A DNA stretch of 64,000 bases, taken from the human T2T-CHM13v2.0 reference genome, Homo sapiens. A model generated the notes under the pieces. That model was not told the DNA's origin. It saw only the letters and a list, made by a program, of their open reading frames with translations, and did no database searches. Numbering within the stretch: position 1 is the stretch's first letter; every line of letters begins with the position of its first letter. Location: assembly GCF_009914755.1 (NCBI RefSeq), contig NC_060927.1. One strand, 5' to 3'. Positions 1-16,728 of the stretch are shown piece by piece. Position numbers and translations under genes: made by a program.

Positions 1-400
1 GCTCTTTCCTTCTGCAAACTCAGGGTTGCTACATGGGTTGCAAAGGTAAAGATAAAGAGTGCTGACCAGTAGGCTGAAGTTTCTGCCCATAAATTCTCCT
101 TACATCTTCCTGACCACACAATAATCCTGCCCTTGGATTTTCCTGTGCGTTCTCCCCACCCACTTCCAGTGGTTCATACTGGTTTCAGTTTGGCTAGACA
201 AAAAGAATGGTTAGTGATAACTTTGTATGAAAAAGATGGATATAATTGTGCACATTTGTTAACTTTCTATACTACAGAGTTATCACCAGGATCAGATTCT
301 TGTCTCCAGATAGATAATTCCTCAACACATTTGAAGGTGAATTTGGGATTTTTAGTGAAATAACAAAGAAATTCTATCCTCTATTTCTTGCCCACCCTCT

Positions 401-1443
401 ATTTTGAGTTGATTTTTGTGTAGGCCATAAGATAGGGCCCAATTTTATTCTTTTGCCTAGGGTTATTCAGTTTCCCCAATATCAATTGTCAAAGAGACTG
501 TTCTGTCCCCATTGTGTATTTTTGGAATCCTAGTTGAAGATCAGTTGACTATATATGCATGAATTTATTTCTGGGATCTCTATTCTGTTATGCTGGTCTA
601 TAGATGTCTTTATGCCAGTAGCATACTGTTTTAATTACTGTAGCCTGGTAGTATATTTTGATATAAGGAAGTGTAATGCCTCCAAGTTTATTCTTGGCTG
701 TTTAAGGTCTTTTATGGTTTCATATGAATTTTATAATTGATTTTCTATTTCTGTAAAAATGTCATGGAATTTTGATAAGAATTGAATTGAATCTGTAGAT
801 CTTTGTAGTGTCTTAGCCTATTTTGCTGCTATGACAAAATACCACAGACTGAGTAATTTGCAAACAAAAGAAATTTATTTCTCACAGCTCTGAAGGCTGA
901 GAACTTCAAGATCAAGGCACCAGTAGACTCAGTGTCTTATGAGTGCTACTATTTGCTTCAAAGACGATGCCTTCTTGCTAAATCCTCTGCAGAGTAAGTA
1001 TGTTGTGTCTTCACATGACAGAAGGGACAAAGGGGGTCCCTGTCTGCCTCTTTATTAAGTCAGTAGTTCATTCATGAGGGTGAAGCCTTTATAGCTTAAT
1101 CACTTCTGAGGGGCCCCCCTCTTAATGCTGTTGCATTGAGCATTAAGTTTCAACAAGAATTTTGGAGGGAACACAAACATGAAAACCATAACAGGTAGTA
1201 TAAACATTGTAACAATATTAAGCCTTCCAATCCATGAACACAGAATGTCTTTCCATTTGTTTGTGTCTTCATTAATTTCTTTCATCAATGTTTTGTAATT
1301 TTCAGTGAACAAGTATTTCACTTGCTTAGTTAAGCTTATTCACAAGTATTTTTTGATGCTAATGTAAATAGGATTGTTTTCCTCATTTCCTTTACAGATA
1401 GTTTATTAGTATATAGAAATGCAACTGATTTTTGTATGTTGAT
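401..1443 (-). mobile_element. Old L1 (L1MA/L1PB-like) late-ORF2 fragment, antisense, interrupted by a MaLR LTR
   Basis: ORF 1100..1321(-) reads [29 protein letters not shown], which is L1 ORF2-like. Confidence 0.85.
809..1193 (-). mobile_element. MaLR solo LTR (MST/MLT1A-like)
   Basis: TG...CA ends (tgtcttag...accataaca), typical 'aaataccacagactg...atttctcacag' motif, near-TSD tgtag/ggtag. Confidence 0.75.
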
Positions 1444-7151
<5,708 letters not shown>

Positions 7152-7322
7152 CTCCTCCACCCTCAAATGCATGAATTGTGACTTTTAGTAATATTTGCTC
7201 CAAACCAATAGTCATAGTGATAATCTCTTTACATAAAACGGGATCTGTGATGGTAAATTTATAGCTGGGAGAAAAGTGTTAGCTGCTATAACGAATTAAA
7301 AGAAATGGAAAGGCAATACATT

Positions 7323-7500
7323 TGTTATGGATTGAATTGTGTTCCCCTAAAATTTACATGTTGAAGTCTTAGCCCCTAATACTTCAGACAGGGTCACTTC
7401 AGGGAAAATCAAGTTAAAATGAAGTCACTAGGGTGGGCCGTAGTCCAGTATGACTGGAATCCTTATATAAAGAGGGAATTTGGAGACAGACATAAACACA
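7323..7500 (+). mobile_element. MLT1 (B/C-like) LTR 5' fragment
   Basis: 'tgttatggattgaattgtgttcccctaaaatttacatgttgaagtc' and 'agttaaaatgaagtcactagggtgggcc'. Confidence 0.7.
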
Positions 7501-8105
7501 AGACAACTTCTCCAACCTAGCAAGACAGGCCAACATTCAAATTCAGGAAATACAGAGAATACCACAAAGATACTTCTCAAGAAGAGCAACCTCAAGCCTC
7601 AAGACACATAATCATCAGATTCACCAAGGTTGAAATGAAGGAAAAAATGTTAAGGGCAACCAGAGAGAAAGGTCAGGTTACCCACAAACGGAAGCCCATC
7701 AGACTAACAGTGGCTCTTTTGGCAGAAATCCTAAAAGCCAGACGAGATTCAGGGTCAATATTTAACATTCTTAAAGAAAAGAATTTTCAACTCAGAATTT
7801 CATGTCCAGCCAAACTAAGCTTCATAAGTGAAGGAGAAATAAAATCCTTTACAGACAAGCAAATGCTGAGAGATTTTATCACCACCAGGCCTGCCTTACA
7901 AGAGTTCCTGAAGGAAGCACTAAATATGGAAAGAAAAACTGGGACCAGCCACTGCAAAAACATACCAAATTGTAAAGACACAACATATTAGTATCTCTGG
8001 GACACAGCTAAAGCAGTGTTAAGAGGGAAATTAATAGCACTAAATGTCCACAGGAAGAAAGCAGGAAAGGTCTAAAATCAACACCCTAACACCACAATTA
8101 AATAA

Positions 8106-8551
<446 letters not shown>

Positions 8552-10104
8552 TTAACAAAATAAAGAATAAAAGAGAGAAGACTCAAATACATACACAAAA
8601 AAAAAATGATAAAGGGGATATCACCATTGATTCCACAGAAATACAAACTACCATCAGAGAATACTATAAACACCTCCACACAAATAAACTAGAATATCTA
8701 GAAGAAATAGATAAATTCCTGGACACATAGACCCTCCCAAGACTAAACCAGAAAGAAGTCGAATCCCTGAATAAACCAATAACAAGTTCTGAAATTGAGG
8801 CAGTAATTAATATCCTACCAACCAAAACATGCCCAGGACCAGCCAGATTCACAGCCAAATTCTACCAAAGGCACAAAGAGGAGCTGGAACCATTCCTTCT
8901 GAAACTATTCCAAACAATAAAAAAAAGAGCAACTCCTCCCTAACTCATTTTATGAGGCCAGCATCATCCTGACACCAAAACCTGGCAGAGACACAACAAA
9001 AATGAAAATTCCAGGCCAATATCCCTGATTAACATCGGTGCTAAAAATCCTCAATAAAATACTGGCAAACTGAATCCAGCAGCAGCACATCAAAAAGCTT
9101 ATCCACCACGATCAAGTCAGCTTCATCCCTGGGATGCAAGGTTGGTTCAACATAAGCAAATCAATAAACGTAATCCATCACATAAACAGAACCAATGACA
9201 AAAACCACATGATTATCTCAATAGATGCAGAAAAGGCCTTTGATAAAATTCAATACCCCTTCATGCTAAAAACTCTCAATAAACTAGGTATTAATGGAAC
9301 GTATCTCAAAATAATAAAAGCTATTTATGACAAACCCACAGCCAATATCATACTGAATGGGAAAAAGCTGGGAGCATTCCCTTTGAAAACCAGCACAAGA
9401 CAAGGATGCCCTCTCTCATCACTCCTATTCAACATAGTATTGGAAGTTCGGGCCAGGACAATCAGGCAAGAGAAAGAAATAAACCGTATTCAAATAGGAA
9501 GAGAGGAAGTCTAATTGTCTCCATTTGCAGATGACATGATTGTCTATTTAGAAAACTCCCATCGTCCCAGCCGAAAATCTCCTTAAGCTGATAAGCAACT
9601 TCAGCAAAGTCTTAGGATACAAAATCAATGTGCAAAAATCACAAGCATTCCTATACATCAATAATAGACAAACACAGAGCCAAATCATGAGTGAACTCCT
9701 ATTCACAATTGCTACAAAGAGAATAAAATACCTAGGAATACAACTTACAAGGGATGTGAAGGACCTCTTCAAGGAGAACTATAAACGACTGCTCAAGGAA
9801 ATAAGAGAGGACACAAACATATGGAAAAAGATTCCACGCTCATGGATAGGAAGAATCAATAGCATGAAAATGGCCATACTGCCCAAAGTAATTTATAGAT
9901 TCAATGCTATCTCCCTCAGGCTACCATTGACTTTCTTCACAGAATTGGAAAAAAGCTACTTTAAATTTCATATGGAACCAAAAAAGAGCCCATACAACGA
10001 AGACAATCCTAAGCAAAAAGAACAAAGCTGGAGTCATCACGCTACCTGAATTCAAACTATACTATAAGGCTACAGTAACCAAAACAGCATGGTACTGGTA
10101 CTAA

Positions 10105-10236
<132 letters not shown>

Positions 10237-11440
10237 TAGGAAAACTGGCCAGCCATATGCAGAAAACTGAAACGGGACCCCTTTCCTACACCTTATACAA
10301 AAATTAACTCAAGATGGATTAAAGACTTAAACCTAAGACCTAAAACCATAAAACCCTAGAAGAAAACCTACACAATAACATTCAGGACATAGGCATGGGC
10401 AAAGACTTCATGACTAGAATACCAAAAACAAGGGCAACAAAAGCCAAAATTGACAAATGGGATCTAATTCAACTAAAGAACTTCTGCACAGCAAAAGAAA
10501 CTATCATAAGGGTGAACAGGCAACCTACAGAATGGGAGAAAATTTTTGCAATCTACTCATCTGACAAAGGGCTAATATCCAGAATCTACAAGGAACTTAA
10601 ACAAATTTACAAGAAAAAAAAAACCCATCGAAAAGTGGGCAAAGGATATGAACAGATGCTTCTCAAAAGAAGACATTTATGCTGCCAACAAACATATGAA
10701 AAAAAGCTCATCGTCACTCGTCATCAGAAAAATGCAAATCAAAACCACAATGAGATACCATCTCACGCCAGTTAGAATGGCGATCATTAAAGTCAGGAAA
10801 CAACAGGTGCTGGAGAGGATGTGGAGAAATAGGAATGCTTTTACACTGTTGGTGGGAGTGTAAATTAGTTCAACCATTGTGGAAGACAGTGTGGCAATTC
10901 CTCAAGGATCTAGAACTACAAATACCATTTGACCCAGCAATCCCATTACTGGGTATACACCCAAAGGATTATAAATCATTCTACTTTAAAGACACATGCG
11001 CTCGTATGTTTATTGCAGCACTGTTCACAATAGCAAAGACTTGGAACCAACTCAAGTGCCTATCAATGATAGACTGGATAAAGAAAATGTAGCACATATA
11101 CACCATGGAATACTATGCAGCCATAAAAAATGAGTTCATGTCCTTTGCAGGGACATGGATGAAGCTGGAAACCATCATTCTCAGCAAACTAACACAGGAA
11201 CAGAAAACCAAACACCGCATGTTCTCACTCATAAGTAGGAGTTGAACAATGAGAACATATGGGCACAGGGAGGGGAACATCACACACTGGGGCCTTTTGG
11301 TGGGTGGGGAGCTAGGGGAGGGAGAGCATTAGGAGAAACACCTAATGTAGATGATGGGTTGATGGGTGCAGCAAACCACCATGGCACGTGTATACCTATG
11401 TAACAAACCTGCACCTTCTCCACATGTATCCCAGGACTTA

Positions 11441-11590
11441 ATATACCTAATGCTAGATGACGAGTTAGTGGGTGCAGCGCACCAGCATGGCACATGTATA
11501 CATATGTAACTAACCTGCACAATGTGCACATGTACCCTAAAACTTAAAGTATAATTAAAAAAAAATAAATAAATAAATAAATAAATAAAA
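11441..11590 (+). mobile_element. Very short young L1 (L1PA2 / non-Ta L1HS-like) 3' end with (TAAA)n tail
   Basis: 'atgctagatgacgagttagtgggtgcagcgcaccagc...aactaacctgcacaatgtgcac' follows the young-L1 3'UTR, with CpGs intact. Confidence 0.85.
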
Positions 11591-11689
11591 TAAAGTATAA
11601 TAATAATAAATGAAACTAATCTGAAATTAAAAGTTTACTTTAAAAAAAATTAAAAAAAGAAAAGAAACAAAGATTGGCAAGTTCTTTAA

Positions 11690-12312
11690 AAGTGAAACAT
11701 CTACATATCATCTGATCTAGCCAATCCACTCATCAGTATTTGCTCAGGAAAAATAAAAATATATGTCAACAAAAATACTTGCAAAATAATGTGTATAGCA
11801 GCTTTATTTCTAATAACCCAAAACTGGAAACAACACAAATGTCCACCAACAGGCAAACAGATAAACAAACTGGTATAGCTATAAAATTAAATACTATTTG
11901 GAATAAAAAGAATGCAGTATCATTGTGTGGATGTGGATGTATCTCAAAATAATTATAATGAGAAAAAAAGTCCAACCAAAAAAATAAAAGAGTGTCTATT
12001 GTGATGATATTTACATGATTTTATTTATGGAAAATTCTAAAAAATGCTAACTAATACATAGTTACAGAAAGCAGATCAGAGGTTGCCTGGGGAGCGGGGG
12101 ATGAGGAGGAACAAGAAGTTTGTAGGGATAGGCTCACAAAGAAACAAGAAAATTTTGGGGGGTGATGGACAAGTTTATTATCTTGATTATGCTGATGGTT
12201 TCACAGATGTAAAACTATGTCAACATTTACCAAAGTCCACATTTTAAATATGTGCAAAATTTAACAAACTGTACACTTAAATATATCAATTATATCTCAG
12301 TAAAGCCGTTTT
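11690..12312 (+). mobile_element. Old L1M (L1ME/L1MB-like) 3' end
   Basis: 'aaaactggaaacaacacaaatgtcc', 'gaaagcagatcagaggttgcctgggg', 'tatatctcagtaaagc'. Confidence 0.7.
12174..12179 (-). promoter_or_regulatory. CD200R1: Candidate distal polyadenylation signal (AATAAA) within an antisense old L1 3' end
   Basis: Plus-strand tttatt; downstream minus-strand sequence is U-rich (ttttcttgtttctttgt). Confidence 0.45.
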
Positions 12313-13647
12313 CAGAAGTTTGTAAGTGAAGCATAACCCCAATAGATATTTAGTTATGATGAATTACTTTCAAATTATTAGAGATATTGAAAGAGAGAGA
12401 GACAGAAAGAGAGAGAAAATTGACAAATCTAGCAAAGCAAAGGAAAAGATACAAAATGGGATGGGGAGAAAGCACAGTAAATGAGACATATAAAATGTTA
12501 TTTGTAAAATGTAATCGACTATGTAAGTAATCACACCTAACTCCGTCTCAGCCTCTGCTTCCTGGATGACCTTGCTGACACGCCAGGTCTAATCTCTAGA
12601 TTCTCTAATTTGACAGGTCTAGCGTGGATTTGGAGAATATATATAATTTTTTATATCATTCTAATGTTCAACCATGTTCCAGCCCCATAGTAGAGATTTT
12701 CATACAATTATTTTCTGTACAATATAATTTAACTTCTATAAATTATCTTGAAGTCTTTTCTATGATGTCATTTAACATGCCTGTTTTGACATTATCAAGT
12801 TAAGAGGTAAGCATAGTACTGTCTTACTTTGTTTTTCAGTAATATTTAAACAGATAGTCTTGAACCTAACTATGAGCCTCAGCTCAACCAGGGTTGGATG
12901 AAGAATTAATAAATTTCAAGGACAGTGTAATGATGTCTATTGTGAACATTGCTTGGTAATATTTATATGCAGAAACCTAATGGACACTGCTTTTTGGTCA
13001 AGTCAAAATGGCTTGATCAAAATATCATGTGCCAAGTGTCATTAGATTAGCTTTACATCCAAAATAGACTAAAAGTCCCTTTGAGGACAAAATCCATAGT
13101 AACTGAAATGTCTAGAGGGAGAAAAATATACTTATAAGACAAAATAGCTGTCTTAAAAATCTCAGATGGTATGATTGAAGAATGAATATATTTTGTTTCA
13201 ATTTCTATCATGATGAAAAAACTTCTCATGTTTTTTCTGCTATGGAGCAAATAGACTTATGTTTTTAATTAAAAATAATTTCATGATATTAACAATGATT
13301 TACATAAACATTGCCAATATTTTGCTCCACAAAAATATGGAGGGGAGGGTCATGCCATCCCATGGCCACTTGCTTATTATGTAGCTCATAGTTTGTAAAT
13401 AAATACCCCATGTCCTCTATGGTGCATTTTTCGCCACTTATATGGTCAATAGACATTAATTATTCAATAAATATATCACAATAGAATGTACACCATAAAA
13501 ATACACAATTCCAATGTAGCACATCTGCAAAACTGTTAGGCATCAAGTATCAACACCTCTGTGGAGATATAATGAGTTCAGAAGAAGCTAATGTTCTCAC
13601 ACGTGCATTCACTCTCTTACAAACATGACCAAAAATATAAATCCATT

Positions 13648-13653
13648 TTTATT
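13648..13653 (-). promoter_or_regulatory. CD200R1: Candidate proximal polyadenylation signal (AATAAA) of the CD200R1 3'UTR
   Basis: Plus-strand tttatt about 970 nt past the stop codon, followed on the minus strand by U/GU-rich sequence (atttttggtcatgtttgt). Confidence 0.6.
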
Positions 13654-13769
13654 AAATAGTATAATTCTTATTATAATCTCACATCATATTTAATCTGGTT
13701 GATTAAAAAGAGAAAGTGGCAACTGTAGAAGCAGGAATAGTACAGTTATTAAAATAGAAATTTAGGGAA

Positions 13770-14150
13770 AGGCACATTTAAACAATGTTGGAGGGAATTT
13801 GACATATATATTTGACACAATTTAACATATATATCAATAGTAAAATGCACAAACCCTTTGACCTGACAATTCCACTCAAGAAAGTTATCCTACAGATATA
13901 CTCAAAAACAAAGAGATATATGCACAAGAAACATTCTATGTGGTATTGTTTATACCACAAACAAAACTTAAAAGAAATAAACAAAACTTAAAAGAATCTA
14001 AATATCCATCATTAGGGTTGTTTTTAATTAAATAATGATATAACTATACAATGGAATTTTATATAACCATTAAAAAGAATGAGGTAGCTCTACTTGTCAT
14101 GATATAAAATGATCTCTAAGACTTATATTATTAGGTTTTCATATGTATAG
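13770..14150 (+). mobile_element. Degenerate L1ME fragment inside the CD200R1 3'UTR (antisense to the gene)
   Basis: 'ccctttgacctgacaattccactc' and 'atacaatggaattttatataaccattaaaaagaatgagg'. Confidence 0.55.
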
Positions 14151-14622
14151 AACAGTAATGCAGTGTATTGTTCCCACTGGTGCCTTGACAAAGATATGTG
14201 CATGTATATGTAAGGGGACACATAAATTGACACATATACCATAGGCATATACACATGTCATATGTACATTAAAATATTCTGAAAGGATACACAAGAAACT
14301 GTTCACACTTGCTCCTTCTTCAGTTATTTCTTGAGGAAATTTGGTTTTCATTATTTACTGTCCTGCACAATTTGAATATTTGGTCATGGGCATGTATTTT
14401 CTTTGTAATAACATCAGTTCTTCAGAGAACTAGCTGGTAGCAGCTAAGAATCAAAAATTCCAATTATACAAGGGTATGAATGAGAATCCATTAAAATGTC
14501 TTCTAAGAACCTTGGAAAACCTAATTTCAATATAAGTCTTCATTCTAGAACTGTAAGAAAATCAGACAGTAATTATAATGTATCTCGTTTGTTGTTGTTT
14601 CTTGGTACTAGAGTCCAACAAC

Positions 14623-14745
14623 TTATAAAGTATGGAGGTCTGTGTCAACTTCACTTTGTAATGCCTCAGATGCCTTCACCTTGTTTGTAGTATCATAGAG
14701 AGGATTGTTCTTCTCTGTGTAGCTGGCATAGGGCTGCATTTCATC
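14623..14745 (-). CDS. CD200R1: CD200R1 last coding exon (exon 8): cytoplasmic tail DEMQPYASYTEKNNPLYDTTNKVKASEALQSEVDTDLHTL*
   Basis: Minus strand reads cttag|GAT GAA ATG...ACT TTA TAA; 123 nt = 41 codons. NPLY phosphotyrosine motif at 14695-14706 plus two more Tyr; matches the recognised CD200R1 C-terminus. Confidence 0.97.
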   Translation of the reverse strand, partial: DEMQPYASYTEKNNPLYDTTNKVKASEALQSEVDTDLHTL

Positions 14746-15435
14746 CTAAGAAAGAACTCAAAGTTAAAATCAATTCAAAAAATCATCATAGAGACTATCT
14801 GTATTTTTGTAACAGTTGCCCATAGCTTTAGTATTTCTAACAGGTGCTCAAGAGTGCTTATAATTGTGTTTCTGGGCCTATATAAACATAAGAGCAGGAT
14901 TTGTTCTAACATTTTATCAAAAAGTATTTGTTAACTACATAAGTCTCTGTGTGGAGATAATGGCTCTGTGCAAGTAGGAATGGAGATGAATGAAGTGATA
15001 TGAGTACTCCAAAGGAGAGCTTTGGAGACTTAGTAAGCTACTTATAATAAGAGATGAAGGAGCAGGATATGTTTTAAGTTTGTGTAAGAGAAAAATAATG
15101 ATAGTATTGAAAAGGAAAAGTCAGGAATTAGAGATGCTTTCAAATTGGTGACAAGAAACACCAATTCATTTCCTCAAAAGATTACAGTCTAAAGGAGCCA
15201 AACATCATATGTGTTAGGATATAGTTCATGAAGTGAAAATGTGGTTCAGAGTGATGATGTATAAATAGTATTTGATAGATAATTAACAAAGTAATCACAC
15301 ATATAAGCACTGCAAGTCAGAACTGTTTTAGTTTTTCAACTGAAACACTAATATTGATACAAACTACAAATTATGTTGCTAGATTTTCAGACTATTGGCT
15401 TAAGTTTGCAATTAGTCTTTTTTATCTTATCTTAC

Positions 15436-15481
15436 CTCCTCAACAACTGGAGTAGATTCTGTTTTATTCAATTTATATTTT
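15436..15481 (-). CDS. CD200R1: CD200R1 exon 7 (46 nt): (R)KYKLNKTESTPVVEE
   Basis: tttttatag|A AAA TAT...GAG GAG|gtaag; phase 2 to 0, in frame with both neighbours. Confidence 0.96.
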
Positions 15482-16030
15482 CTATAAAAATAAAATAAAT
15501 TGAAGTGAATGGAGGAAACATCATTGTTTAGATCGAAAATGGGAAAATAAGACAGTATACTATTGACAATTGTGTTTAATTTTGATAGAAGCCATAATAA
15601 ATCAGAAAGAAACTACTAGAAATAAGTGAAGAATACTGCTCGTGGTTAATATCCCCAACTAAGAATATTCCGGATTTTGAAAAAGTGAAATTATGCAATA
15701 GAAGCTTGATGCAATTGAATGCATGTAACATCTCCTCTTTGGTGCATGAAGGAATTGTAATTATTTACCCAAATGTGAAAATTAACATGCACTTTCTCTC
15801 CCAAGATCCTACCCTAAATGGCCTAATTTTCCATGCTTCTATGCCAAAGCAACCTAGCAAAGTCTCTCTCATCATTCAAAGTAGTCCAAGTCTATCTAAC
15901 ACCTTCAAGATTTGATTATGGGAGATTTGATGTTAACATCCTAATATACCCAATACGGTCAGTTCCATATTTCTGACTCTTTTCTAGCCTAATAAAGCTG
16001 AAGAAGAAAAAAACATTCATTAGTCAATAC

Positions 16031-16139
16031 CTGCAGCCATTGACTTTCAACAACCAAATGAATCCCACGATGGTCAAAATAATAATAGTAAGGATGATAT
16101 ATGGAATATATAATTTTGCTGATTTTTTGGCACCTGGAA
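16031..16139 (-). CDS. CD200R1: CD200R1 exon 6, transmembrane: (V)PGAKKSAKLYIPYIILTIIILTIVGFIWLLKVNGC(R)
   Basis: ctatag|TT CCA GGT...TGC AG|gtattg; 109 nt. The hydrophobic helix has no central Lys, as expected for the inhibitory receptor rather than a DAP12-pairing activating paralogue. Confidence 0.96.
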
Positions 16140-16168
16140 CTATAGACACAAAAATATATGGTTCAAAT

Positions 16169-16728
16169 GTGGTACAATCCAAATAATGTACTATCTTATT
16201 ATTCAATGTTAAAAAGAAATGAGCTATCAAACCATAAAAAGACATAGAGGAATTTCAAATGTATGTTACTAAGTGAAACATGCCAATCTGGAAATGTTAC
16301 ATATTGTATGATTCCAATTGTAAGACATTACGGAAAAGATAAAACTAGGGGAATAGTCAATAAATTATTGATTATCTGGTGGTGAGGAAGGAGGGAGGAA
16401 TAGAAAGAGCAAGGAGGATTGTGTAGGACAATAAAACTGTTCCATATAATACTGTACTGGTGGATACATGTCATTACACATTTGTCCAAACCCATGGAAT
16501 GTACAACACCAAGAATGAACTCTAATGTAAAGTATGGACTTTGGGTGGTAATGTTGTATCAATGGAGGTTCAACAGTTCTAATAAATGTAACACTCTGGT
16601 GCAGGTGTAGGTGGGAGAGGTTGGACATGGGCGAAGGCAGGGCTTATATGGGAAATTTCTGTACTTTCCACTCAATTTTGCGGTGAACCTAAAACTGCTC
16701 TAAAAATTAATGTCTACTAAAAATAAAG
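16169..16728 (+). mobile_element. L1MC1/2-like 3' end, abutting the exon 6 acceptor
   Basis: 'ggaaatttctgtactttccactcaattttgcggtgaacctaaaactgctctaaaaa'; homologous to about 37860-38400. Confidence 0.8.
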
